This document shows, in pieces, positions 9,213-17,647 of a stretch of DNA of 64,000 bases. The notes under the pieces were generated by a model. It was given only the letters and a program-made list of their open reading frames with translations. It was not told where the DNA came from and searched no databases. This stretch comes from a virus. Taxonomy: Duplodnaviria > Caudoviricetes. Where the stretch lies: the IMG/VR virus record IMGVR_UViG_3300048995_000011, positions 1 through 64,000 of that record; one strand, given 5' to 3'. Each line of letters opens with the position of its first letter. Within the stretch, counting starts at the first letter, position 1. Made by a program: the position numbers and the translations under genes.

Positions 9213-9497
9213 ATGGCGACAGCAATGGAAGTGGAGGCGGTGACCGTCTCCGACATTCGGACAGCGCGAGCGCACGTGACAGGGATGCCCGAGCTGTGCA
9301 CGTCGAAGGGGCGCAACCCGATCGTCCCAAGCTGGATCGAGGCCGTTTACAACATCACGTCGGGTCGGATCTACGGAGTTACCGTTGGCGGTCTGCGGGT
9401 ATCTAGCGGACGGACGTGTCTCCGCCGTATCGACGTCGACAACCTGGAGGCGACCCCGGAGTGGGTGCGCGAATTTGTTGAGGTGCATCGGCCATGA
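9213..9497 (+). CDS. hypothetical protein
   Basis: GAGGA RBS; coupled to next gene. Confidence 0.6.
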   Translation: MATAMEVEAVTVSDIRTARAHVTGMPELCTSKGRNPIVPSWIEAVYNITSGRIYGVTVGGLRVSSGRTCLRRIDVDNLEATPEWVREFVEVHRP

Positions 9498-9682
9498 GCG
9501 AGCTGAAGGTGTGGAGCGACAAGTTCGGCCAGCTCTGGGAGGACCGCCCTGGGGGTCGACTGGAGCTGGTCCGAGACGAGCACGGGCAGCCGATCACAGA
9601 CGACGAGCGCCGCATGACCTTCGAGCGTGTCCGTGTCGAGCATCAGAACGGACCGCTGAGTGAGGTGTCGTCCGATGTCTGA
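9494..9682 (+). CDS. hypothetical protein
   Basis: ATGA overlap. Confidence 0.55.
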   Translation: MSELKVWSDKFGQLWEDRPGGRLELVRDEHGQPITDDERRMTFERVRVEHQNGPLSEVSSDV

Positions 9683-10229
9683 TCTTCGCCGCGCCCTCGA
9701 CGCTGTCCGCTATGCCGGGGAGACGTTGGCGGGCTACGGGCTCCCCACGGACGGGGTGATCACCACCGACATGCTGGCCGCTGCTGGACGCAAGTACGGC
9801 CTGGACAACCCTGGGACGACACCCGACTCGGCCCTTGAGGCCGTCATGGACATGGTCGCCCGGCACCGCAGCCTGGTGTCCTTTCGTCCCGTGGTTTCGC
9901 ACCCCAGGCCTCGCTTGTGTGCTCACGCCGACGACGAGGGTCGGGGCATGCACGTGCTACAGCCGGGCGAGCAATGCTCGAGCGCTCCCATCCCCGTCCA
10001 CAGAGGAGACACCGTGACTGAGCTTCGGTACACGCCGCTGCGGCACAAGGTGCTGGACGCGTTGTCCAAAGGCAGACAGGACCGGTCAAGCACACCCGCG
10101 CAGATCAGCCGGGCCGAGAACTCCTTGTATGAAGCGGGGTTGGTCAGCGGGACACCGATCGAACCGACCGAGAAGGGCTACCGAGTCCTGTACCTGTGGA
10201 ACACCAAGCACGGGAGGGTGGGGCTGTGA
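9675..10229 (+). CDS. hypothetical protein, possible C-terminal winged helix
   Basis: overlapping start; internal in-frame RBS+GTG near 10014. Confidence 0.55.
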   Translation: MSDLRRALDAVRYAGETLAGYGLPTDGVITTDMLAAAGRKYGLDNPGTTPDSALEAVMDMVARHRSLVSFRPVVSHPRPRLCAHADDEGRGMHVLQPGEQCSSAPIPVHRGDTVTELRYTPLRHKVLDALSKGRQDRSSTPAQISRAENSLYEAGLVSGTPIEPTEKGYRVLYLWNTKHGRVGL

Positions 10230-10744
10230 GGGTTCGAGTGGACGTGTCGATCAGCTACGAGACCGAGGTTCCGGACGACCCGGAATGCTACGAGGGTGCC
10301 GCGACCCCTGAGGGGCGCATGGGGAAGGAGCGGGAGTACATCGAGGAGGGCGGCGACTACCTGATCTCGGAGCTGAACTCCGTCCACAGCGTCATCAAGG
10401 CGACGGTCACGCAGATCGAGCACGGCAGCCCCGACGTGATGGCCGCCGACGAGATGCTGTCCCACTACTCGGCAGCACTGGACGAGATCTACCGCCTCCG
10501 CCGTGCGCTGGCTTTCGAGGCCCGTGTGGTTGAGGCACACCTGGGCCTGAAGTCGTTCCCGAAGTCTCGCCGCCGTTTCGCTGAGGAGCAGGTGGAGCGG
10601 ATGCGCGAGTCGGCTCGGGGCCATGCGGAGCGCGTGTACGCAGGGCGGGACTACTGGAAGCTGGATGAGGCACTTCGCTCCGCTGGAGCTGGATTCCTGA
10701 CCCGCCACCAGTGGGAGCACCGCAACGACGAGGACGCGGCATGA
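10226..10744 (+). CDS. hypothetical protein
   Basis: GTGA overlap; helical C-terminal half. Confidence 0.6.
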   Translation: MRVRVDVSISYETEVPDDPECYEGAATPEGRMGKEREYIEEGGDYLISELNSVHSVIKATVTQIEHGSPDVMAADEMLSHYSAALDEIYRLRRALAFEARVVEAHLGLKSFPKSRRRFAEEQVERMRESARGHAERVYAGRDYWKLDEALRSAGAGFLTRHQWEHRNDEDAA

Positions 10745-10860
10745 TGCCCTCCTTCCCGATCACTCTCCTCTCCCTCGGCGCCGTCTACAGCACCGCCGAG
10801 GACGACGAGCCTGCTGGTGTGGAACTGGACGACCGCGACGAGACGGAAGAGGACTGAGCC

Positions 10861-11463
10861 GTGAACCGCCTCGCCGCCCCGGTCCTCGCAGTCGTCTTTC
10901 TGGCCTCTGCGTGCACCGTCCTGCCCGCTGAGTCCTCCTCTCCCACCCTGTCGGCCACTGCGGGTCTGGATGCCCTGACGGTCCGTGTGGAGGACACGGG
11001 CGCCCACTACGACCGCGAGGCGTGGGGCGACTGGACCGTGGAGGGTGGCTGCGACACCCGGGAGCGGGTGCTGAAGACACAGGGGCGGGATGTGCGCACC
11101 GGCGCCGGCTGCAAGATCACGGCGGGCACGTGGGTGTCGAGCTACGACGGTGTGACCGTCACCCGCGCCGGCGACCTGGACATCGACCACATCGTGCCGG
11201 TGAAGGAAGCGAACCGCTCCGGTGCCCGCAACTGGGATGCGGCACGGCGGTCGGCGTTCTACAACGACACCGACAACCTGGTTGCTGTGACGGCCCGCTC
11301 CAACCGCAGCAAGGGAGATGACGACCCCGCGAAGTACCTGCCCGCGCACGACCGTTGCGGGTATGCCACCCGATATGTGGCGGTCAAAGTCGAGTACCGG
11401 CTGTCGGTGGACCAGGCCGAACACGACGCGCTGGAGACAGTGCTGCGGCACTGCCCGAAGTGA
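10861..11463 (+). CDS. lipoprotein HNH nuclease (DUF1524-type)
   Basis: lipobox-like LASA|C; YDREAWGDW, CDTRERVL, LDIDHIVP, NLVAVTARSNRSKGD. Confidence 0.85.
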   Translation: MNRLAAPVLAVVFLASACTVLPAESSSPTLSATAGLDALTVRVEDTGAHYDREAWGDWTVEGGCDTRERVLKTQGRDVRTGAGCKITAGTWVSSYDGVTVTRAGDLDIDHIVPVKEANRSGARNWDAARRSAFYNDTDNLVAVTARSNRSKGDDDPAKYLPAHDRCGYATRYVAVKVEYRLSVDQAEHDALETVLRHCPK

Positions 11464-11782
11464 AATGGCCGCAGGCGCAGCACCCAGCCACTGAAGGTCG
11501 GCCGTGAACGCGCAGGATAGGACCATGGATCAGCAGCCAGCGGAAACGATCTGTTCGAAGTGCGGCACTACCCCTGCGGGACCTGGGGGGATTCTGTGCC
11601 CGCCGTGTCTGGAGCGGTTGCAGTCCCGGGCCCCGCGCGAGTGCTACGACGCGGCGGCGGGACAGCGGTAGCGGGGCGCATGACAACGCCCCCGTGATCA
11701 ACCGGGGGCGTGGTCTGTTTGACTTCTTCCCCGCCGTGGACGGCCAGGAGGAAGTCAAGGTCCCGCTCACCCGTCAGCCCTT

Positions 11783-11823
11783 CCTGTATAGCACTAGACA
11801 CGGTAGCCGCCGACCTGTATAGT
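11783..11823 (+). promoter_or_regulatory. sigma70-type promoter for a probably leaderless transcript, with CCTGTATAG direct repeats
   Basis: TAGACA (11795-11800)-N17-TATAGT (11818-11823), ATG at 11831; repeats at 11783-11791 and 11814-11822. Confidence 0.7.
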
Positions 11824-11830
11824 CCTATAC

Positions 11831-12181
11831 ATGACGACGACGTACTTCCGGATCCAGACCGCCGGCCGCGAGATCACCGATCTCCTCGACCCCACCGAGC
11901 AGGTCTCCCGCGCCTGGCACCGCGACGACCTGGACCGCGACGGCGTCTCCGTCTGCGACAGCCTCGAAACCCTCGCCGCCTATCTCGCCAGCGCCGGAAG
12001 CGGAATCCCCTACGGCGCAGGCGAATGGGTCATCGTCGAGGTCTCCGGGACCCCGTCCTGCGCCACCCCGCTCGACGCCGAGTATGGCGAAATGCTTGTT
12101 CACCCCACCGAGATCGTCTCCGTCATCCCGATGGATGACGCGTTTTTCGAGATGATCGCCGCAGCCTACGAGGAGAACTGA
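11831..12181 (+). CDS. hypothetical protein, possible ADP-ribosyltransferase-like fold
   Basis: YFRIQ ... DGVSVC ... EYGEMLV spacing reminiscent of the R-S-E pattern. Confidence 0.55.
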   Translation: MTTTYFRIQTAGREITDLLDPTEQVSRAWHRDDLDRDGVSVCDSLETLAAYLASAGSGIPYGAGEWVIVEVSGTPSCATPLDAEYGEMLVHPTEIVSVIPMDDAFFEMIAAAYEEN

Positions 12182-12182
12182 T

Positions 12183-12545
12183 ATGCAGCGCTACGAGCTG
12201 GATACCTGGCTCGGCGACGACCACGGCCTCACCGAAGACCAGATCACCGAGCTCCTCGCGATCGCCGACGACATCGACGTGGCCTACCCCGACCTCGACG
12301 ACCAGGCCGACGCGGAGCAGGCTCTCGTCGGCGCGTACCGCGCCATGGTCGAGGATCCGACCGATCTGGCCACGACCCTCGGCAGCGCGCTTTTCCGGGC
12401 CCGCTTGGCGGAGCTGGAGGCCAAGGCTGCGCTGCGAGGCGCTGCGATCGCGCTCGTCGGACGAGGCGAGATGGCCGAAGCCGAATTCGCGAGAGCCTCC
12501 GGGGTCACGCGGATGACCGTCCGGTCCTGGCTCGGGAAGCGCTAG
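12183..12545 (+). CDS. HTH DNA-binding protein
   Basis: C-terminal MAEAEFARASGVTRMTVRSWLGK. Confidence 0.75.
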   Translation: MQRYELDTWLGDDHGLTEDQITELLAIADDIDVAYPDLDDQADAEQALVGAYRAMVEDPTDLATTLGSALFRARLAELEAKAALRGAAIALVGRGEMAEAEFARASGVTRMTVRSWLGKR

Positions 12546-12597
12546 CCGGCTCGCCGACGCGGCGGGCCCATACCCGCCGCCTTCCGTTAGGAGACCC

Positions 12598-13110
12598 ATG
12601 CGCTACCGAATCGTCGTCGACGGGCGCGAGATCAGCACGAAGGGTCGCGCACCCGAGATCACCCAGGCCGCCTACGACGCCGCCTGCCGCTACCGAGATC
12701 AGCATGGCGACCTGCTCGTCCCCGACGACTACGAAGACCCCGACACCGGCCTGAAATTGGGCGTCTACCTCGGTCACCGCCGCGCCCTGCGTAAGGCTGG
12801 CGAGCTCGACGCCGAGCAGGTCGCGGTCTGGGATGCCCTCGGCATGGAGTGGGACCCGCTCGAGGCCGCGTGGGCGGAGGCCTATCGGTACGCCGTGCAC
12901 TATCGCGCCACTCGTGGTGACCTGCTCGTGCCGCGGAGCTACACCGTCCCCGGCGCCGGATTTGAGCTGGGCAAGTGGATCGCCCGGCAGCGCGCGGTAC
13001 GCCGTGGCCAGCGCACGGGCAGCCTCACACCGGAGCGCATCGCCAAGCTCGACTCCCTCGGCATGGTCTGGCACATCGGCCGCACTGGGCTCAACCCCCG
13101 CACCCACTAG
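12598..13110 (+). CDS. tandem helicase-associated (HA, PF03457) domain protein
   Basis: two repeats of Y...GDLLVP..Y.....LG.(Y/W)...(R/Q)R.......L......(W/L)D.LGM.W. Confidence 0.85.
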   Translation: MRYRIVVDGREISTKGRAPEITQAAYDAACRYRDQHGDLLVPDDYEDPDTGLKLGVYLGHRRALRKAGELDAEQVAVWDALGMEWDPLEAAWAEAYRYAVHYRATRGDLLVPRSYTVPGAGFELGKWIARQRAVRRGQRTGSLTPERIAKLDSLGMVWHIGRTGLNPRTH

Positions 13111-13370
13111 CCAGAGAGCAACCCCGGGAAGACGCAATCCTCCTGGCCATCCGGAACGGCCGGACGCCCCGCGAGGCCGCCGAGCGGTATGGCGTCCCCT
13201 TCCAGATGATCTACGCGCAGAGCCGGGTGCATCCCGACCGGGCAGTGCAGCTCGACATGGCGCTCCTCTATGGACGGGATCAGTCAATTCCCCACGGCAC
13301 CGAGAGCTCCTACCGACGGCAGGGCTGTCGCTGCCCTGAATGCCGCGTGGCGAAGTACGCCAGCCGGTGA
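13111..13370 (+). CDS. HTH plus HGT..Y..GCRC..CR motif segment lacking a clear own start
   Basis: GRTPREAAERYGVPFQMIY; HGTESSYRRQGCRCPECR; open frame extends back into the HA gene. Confidence 0.45.
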
Positions 13371-13460
13371 AGATCCGCTCGCAGGCGACGGTCTGCCACC
13401 CGTAGGCGGCGTGGACTGGGACGCCCCACTATCGCGCGGCGACGTGGGCGTTTCTGCGGC

Positions 13461-13958
13461 TCAGGCCAGGCTGTACACGTCGTCGCCGCTCAGGTATCCG
13501 CCGGACTCCCGCAGCGCCTCAGCCACCTCCACGATCCGATCCCATGCCCCTGCCACCATGTCCTGCGTCGTCCGCTCCAGCCGGCGCGCCAGCCGGCCAT
13601 TCGCCCCCACCAGCTTCAAGCACTTCTGTGCGCCCGCGAGGTCATCCGCCGCGCCCGACGCGTAGGCGTAGTCCCGTGCCTCCCCAATCGTCATGCCGTG
13701 GTAGTGCTCATGCCACCACGCCTGTGCCTCACCGCCGGCCAGGAACACCACCACCATCTCGATCAGCCCCCGGTCGTCCAACTCCTCAATCTCGTGTGGC
13801 GTCGACACAGCCCCGTCGCTGGTGGGGTCACCGAGCCACGGGGTGTGGACATCGATACGCACTTGGGTGATCGGATGCCCAAACTCCACCAACACCACCC
13901 CATGCCCCGCCTCGTGATACGAACAGGAAAGCCACTTCTCTTCCACGGATTCAGCCAT
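13461..13958 (-). CDS. stand-alone peptidase M41 (FtsH protease domain)-like zinc metalloprotease
   Basis: SYHEAGHG (HExxH), FLAGGEAQ, GAADDL motifs; no AAA or TM domain. Confidence 0.75.
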   Translation of the reverse strand: MAESVEEKWLSCSYHEAGHGVVLVEFGHPITQVRIDVHTPWLGDPTSDGAVSTPHEIEELDDRGLIEMVVVFLAGGEAQAWWHEHYHGMTIGEARDYAYASGAADDLAGAQKCLKLVGANGRLARRLERTTQDMVAGAWDRIVEVAEALRESGGYLSGDDVYSLA

Positions 13959-13968
13959 CACGGGTCTC

Positions 13969-14736
13969 CTATGCGGGTAGCTGGTTGTAGAGGGCGTGGG
14001 CGATGGTGAGGGTCAGCGGCCACACCCCGGGGATCAACAGGACGCCGAGCACAGTGAAGGCGGGGAAAAGGCACGCCGTTTCGACCGTGCCACCGGTCCG
14101 GAACCGCATCCACCGCGGCGGCCGGATCTCGTACCAGGTTTCACCAGCGATCGGTATGGGCCACAGCCACGGGCAGCCGCTGAGCGTAGCCGAGTCCCCA
14201 AGGCAGTGCGTGAAGCAACCGAGCGCGACGGCGATCCCAATCCATCCACCCACATCCGCCAGAACGGCAGGGATGGATGTCGTCATAGCTATGGCGCCTG
14301 CTGCGACGGCCGTCACCGGGAGCACCCAGTCGCCGAGTGCGGTTTCCGCCAGGAGCACACCCAGGATGAGCACAACTCCCACGGCCCACGGACCCCACAT
14401 GGCTGCTGCCGCGGTCGTCAGCAAGCCGAGGAGCACGGCGGCTACGAGGGTGTGGGATGCGTGGCGGTGGGTTCCGGTGACGTTCTCGTCCCGTGGGCCT
14501 TTGGTGTGGCGGTAGATGGTGGCGGATGCACGGCGCAGGAGCCACGACGCGCCTTGGGAGAAGGGGCCGAGGAGGCGGGACGCGCTCGCACCTGGGTGGT
14601 CGAGGTCGGGCCCAAGTGCCCAGCCGGCGGTGGCCACCGCGAACAGCGCCACCTCGGGCAGGGTGTGCAGCCCGACGATCGGTGCCACCGCCAGGCCGGC
14701 ACACCAGCCGCTGGCCGCGTGGGAACGTCCGAGCAC
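13969..14736 (-). CDS. membrane-bound metal-dependent hydrolase (YdjM/PF04307-like)
   Basis: GRSHAASG, PDLDHP, HRHASHT, HCLGDSAT.SG.PWLWP; several TM helices. Confidence 0.85.
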   Translation of the reverse strand: MLGRSHAASGWCAGLAVAPIVGLHTLPEVALFAVATAGWALGPDLDHPGASASRLLGPFSQGASWLLRRASATIYRHTKGPRDENVTGTHRHASHTLVAAVLLGLLTTAAAAMWGPWAVGVVLILGVLLAETALGDWVLPVTAVAAGAIAMTTSIPAVLADVGGWIGIAVALGCFTHCLGDSATLSGCPWLWPIPIAGETWYEIRPPRWMRFRTGGTVETACLFPAFTVLGVLLIPGVWPLTLTIAHALYNQLPA

Positions 14737-14737
14737 C

Positions 14738-15469
14738 TCAGCTCACCCGCTTGTAGATCTTCAGGCGGTCGTGGATTCCCCGCCACTGGGGGATGTCCAC
14801 CGAGTCGACCTCCCCGAACAGCGGTTCAGGCGCCGGCGGGCAGTCGCATTCGTCGGTGAGGCACCAGCACCCGGAGTGTTCACCGAGCAGGGAGTGGAAG
14901 CGGCCATTGGCGGTGCAGCCTCCGGGGCCCTCGCCGACGTAGACGACGGTGTCCCCACTGAACAGTTCCAGGGCGGCGGCAGCCCACCCTTCGCTATAGC
15001 TGGGCCACACCGTCAGCAGTGTCCGGTCAGGGTGGCCGAGCACGGCCGTGTGATCGCCCAGGAGCACCTCGGACCATGCCTTGCCGCTGTGCCATTCAGG
15101 CTCCCCGCGCCCCGGCGGGGCAGGGTCATACGCGATGACATCGACGCCACGGTCCCGGAGCATCTTCGCCCAGTACCCGCCGCCGGCCCCGATCTCCACC
15201 ACACCCTTCGGGGAGTGCTTGGCGATCGCGTCCAGCGCCGCGCCGTTGGGGACAGCCCACGAGTAGCGCTTCTTGACGCCGTTCGTGGCCTCGTCCCGGT
15301 ACTTGTTCGGGTCCTCGCACATGCACCTCAGGCACCGGTCCCACGGCTGCATCGGCGTCCCAGGGAACACGATGTGCGCGTGGTCGCTGTGGTGCTTCTG
15401 GTGCTCGAGCTGGCTGAGGTAGTAGGCCAGCAGCGGGTTGGCTGTACTAGCCATCACGTCTTCGGTCAT
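14738..15469 (-). CDS. class I SAM-dependent methyltransferase-like protein
   Basis: VVEIGAGGGYWA glycine motif; VIAYD; LLTVWP; VVYVGE. Confidence 0.75.
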   Translation of the reverse strand: MTEDVMASTANPLLAYYLSQLEHQKHHSDHAHIVFPGTPMQPWDRCLRCMCEDPNKYRDEATNGVKKRYSWAVPNGAALDAIAKHSPKGVVEIGAGGGYWAKMLRDRGVDVIAYDPAPPGRGEPEWHSGKAWSEVLLGDHTAVLGHPDRTLLTVWPSYSEGWAAAALELFSGDTVVYVGEGPGGCTANGRFHSLLGEHSGCWCLTDECDCPPAPEPLFGEVDSVDIPQWRGIHDRLKIYKRVS

Positions 15470-15544
15470 TGCCTCTCCCCAGCGGTTGGGTACCGCCTGT
15501 CTGGCTGTACCGGGGGCACAGCCAGACAGGCGACTAGCGGTGGT

Positions 15545-15805
15545 TCAGCTCTCCGCGGGCCGACGACGTGCCTCAGCCCGCCGAATCTCGGCCGCGAGGT
15601 ACCGCTGCTCTGCGCAGAGGTCGGCGTACTCGGCATACGCCTTGTCGCTTCCCCGACACTCAACTCGATCGAGGCTGGCGCCTTTCTTGGCCGGGACAGT
15701 GATCGAGTGCCGGGGGATCAGGCCATCCGCGGCGATCTCGAATCCCTGCTTGCAGTGGAAACACGTCCCGAACGTGGGGTGCACGACGCCGTTGCTGTCG
15801 GGCAT
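15545..15805 (-). CDS. hypothetical zinc-binding protein
   Basis: CFHC...H...CRGS; AGGAG RBS. Confidence 0.6.
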   Translation of the reverse strand: MPDSNGVVHPTFGTCFHCKQGFEIAADGLIPRHSITVPAKKGASLDRVECRGSDKAYAEYADLCAEQRYLAAEIRRAEARRRPAES

Positions 15806-15823
15806 TGCTTTCTCCTTGTCTCG

Positions 15824-16081
15824 CTATCGGTTGGTGGTCTGCACTGCTGTCTTCAGCTCGCGGCGCTCGCGCTCGTCGTAGCCGCCGAAGATGCCCCAGG
15901 CGAGACCCTCGTCCAGCGCGTACGCGAGGCACTGCTCGCGTACCGGGCAACCCCAGCACACTGCCTTCGCCTCAGCGGCCTGCACCATCGCGGGCCCGGA
16001 GCTGCCCACAGGGAACCAACGGTCAGGGTCCTCCGCCTCGCGGCACAGGGCGTCGAGCATCCAATCCATCATCGTGGACAC
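15824..16081 (-). CDS. whiB: WhiB family Fe-S transcriptional regulator
   Basis: four Cys (LCRE, CWGC, CL), DPDRWFP, GIFGG and ERERREL. Confidence 0.95.
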   Translation of the reverse strand: MSTMMDWMLDALCREAEDPDRWFPVGSSGPAMVQAAEAKAVCWGCPVREQCLAYALDEGLAWGIFGGYDERERRELKTAVQTTNR

Positions 16082-16208
16082 CTCCTCGGTGATCAGGTTG
16101 AGCGGTCAGGGTGTAGAGGTCGAACGGTTTACCAGCGCGACGTCAGCGCACGGGCCTCGTCGCGGCTCTTGCCGGCGAGCCCCCAGTGGGTGAGCCTTGG
16201 CCAACCCG

Positions 16209-16409
16209 TCAGTCCTCCAACGCCTTCGCGATGGCGGTGCGGCGCTGCTCGTCGCCGTCGTTCATCGCCTCGGTCACGTAGTCGTTCAATGCGACCTTGA
16301 GAACCTCACGGAGAGCGGCGAATGCCTTGGGGGAATCGGCCGCACGGTTTCCCCCCGTGAACGGGAACTCGTTTGCGTCCTCGTTGAGGGCGGAACGGAG
16401 GTCACTCAT
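16209..16409 (-). CDS. hypothetical protein
   Basis: AAGGAG RBS; 66 aa. Confidence 0.55.
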   Translation of the reverse strand: MSDLRSALNEDANEFPFTGGNRAADSPKAFAALREVLKVALNDYVTEAMNDGDEQRRTAIAKALED

Positions 16410-16496
16410 TGCTTTCTCCTTGGACTCGTCAGGACCGTTCTCAACGGCCGACACCCCGAAGGGTGTTTCGTCCTGTGGGCCAGCCCTCACCGGGCG

Positions 16497-16874
16497 TCAG
16501 CTGCGCGTCCTCCGCGCTAGTGCGTCAGCCACGGTATGACCGTTGACCGTCATGTTCGGGGCTGCTTCCTTCGCCAGCCGCAGCGCGGTGTCCAGGTCGT
16601 GCCGATACGCGGCCCGCCACGCTTCTTGTCCTTCGCTCTCCTCGCGGAAGTCCTCGTCTGTCGTCGGCTCCTCGTTGCCGTCGCGCCAGCTGTAGCCCTC
16701 GGACCAGGTGCCGTCACGGCCGAGGAAACTGCCGTGGTCCGTCACCGCCCACAAGCCGAAGCCTCGGTACTCGACCTTCAGCGTGAAGTGACGGGCGTTG
16801 ATGTCGTCCTCAGGGATGCAGGACACCGAGTAGGTGGTGGGCCGCACCTGGGGCTCCGGGATCAGGTCGGTCAT
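16497..16874 (-). CDS. hypothetical protein
   Basis: AAGGAG RBS; 125 aa. Confidence 0.65.
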   Translation of the reverse strand: MTDLIPEPQVRPTTYSVSCIPEDDINARHFTLKVEYRGFGLWAVTDHGSFLGRDGTWSEGYSWRDGNEEPTTDEDFREESEGQEAWRAAYRHDLDTALRLAKEAAPNMTVNGHTVADALARRTRS

Positions 16875-16901
16875 CGGTTTCTCCTTGCTGGTGGAATACA
16901 T

Positions 16902-16960
16902 CAAAGTTAGCACACTTGGCAGACTAGCCACAAGACCCAAAGTGAGCACACTTGGCAGAC
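16902..16960. repeat. two 23-bp direct repeats in a divergent intergenic region (probable operator)
   Basis: CAAAGT(T/G)AGCACACTTGGCAGAC at 16902-16924 and 16938-16960; -10 TATGAT at 16965-16970. Confidence 0.85.
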
Positions 16961-16976
16961 CCTCTATGATCGGCGC

Positions 16977-17387
16977 ATGCAGACCCGCAGCGCTCTCGAC
17001 ATACGCCGACACTGGACACAGTTCCTCGACGATGTAGAGCGCCACGGCCACACCATCGCCATCACCTACCGGCACAAGCCAGCCATGCAGGCGCTCCCGC
17101 CCGCCATCTACCGCGCCTATGCGGAGGCGCTCGATGACCGCCGCGGCGAACCCCAAAACATCGCCACCCCAGAACGGAAAGGCACCACCACGCCCAGCGT
17201 CACCCTCGACGACGTCACAGCTCCCGCCATCCGAGTCGACTCACAAACAGCCCGATCGTCGTGGCGCGAGGTGCAGCTCTACGCCATGGACAAAGGCCAC
17301 GTGCACATCACCCGATGGAAGAAGACCGCGCTCGTGCTGGTGCCCAGCGAGTGGGGGGAACGCGGCGCCCAAGCAGCCACCAGCTAG
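16977..17387 (+). CDS. tandem Phd/YefM-like DNA-binding protein
   Basis: two Phd-type modules: SALDIRRHWTQFLDDVERHGHTIAITYRHKP and DSQTARSSWREVQLYAMDKGHVHITRWKKTALVLVP. Confidence 0.7.
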   Translation: MQTRSALDIRRHWTQFLDDVERHGHTIAITYRHKPAMQALPPAIYRAYAEALDDRRGEPQNIATPERKGTTTPSVTLDDVTAPAIRVDSQTARSSWREVQLYAMDKGHVHITRWKKTALVLVPSEWGERGAQAATS

Positions 17388-17422
17388 CCCCTAGCGTGCG
17401 TCCCGATACGCCCGAATCGCCA

Positions 17423-17644
17423 CATCCTGACGACCCCGACAAGAGACGCTGTCGCGACGGCGACATGCGGAAACATCTCCACCCACCGCCGGGTGGTCCT
17501 GACGGTCAGGACCACCCGATCATCCTGCCGAAACCACTGTTCCCGCAGGCCAACGATCCTGCCGTGGATCGTGACGGGCATCCTGTCGGGATCGTGGCGG
17601 ACAGGACCTCGTCAGGATCCACGGCAGGATGGATCCTGACGAGG
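17423..17644. repeat. array of about 11 (G/C)(A/G)TC(C/G)TGNC(G/C) motifs in both orientations with nested inverted repeats; candidate clt/TRS locus
   Basis: copies at 17423, 17495, 17521, 17555, 17567, 17579, 17590, 17632 (+) and about 17599, 17610, 17622 (-); 14-bp IRs at 17490-17518 and 17607-17644. Confidence 0.65.
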
Positions 17645-17647
17645 TGG

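Noticed and set aside
16902-16960. Possible CRISPR mini-array
   Set aside because: Only two 23-bp copies with a 13-nt spacer and no cas genes; better explained as an operator.
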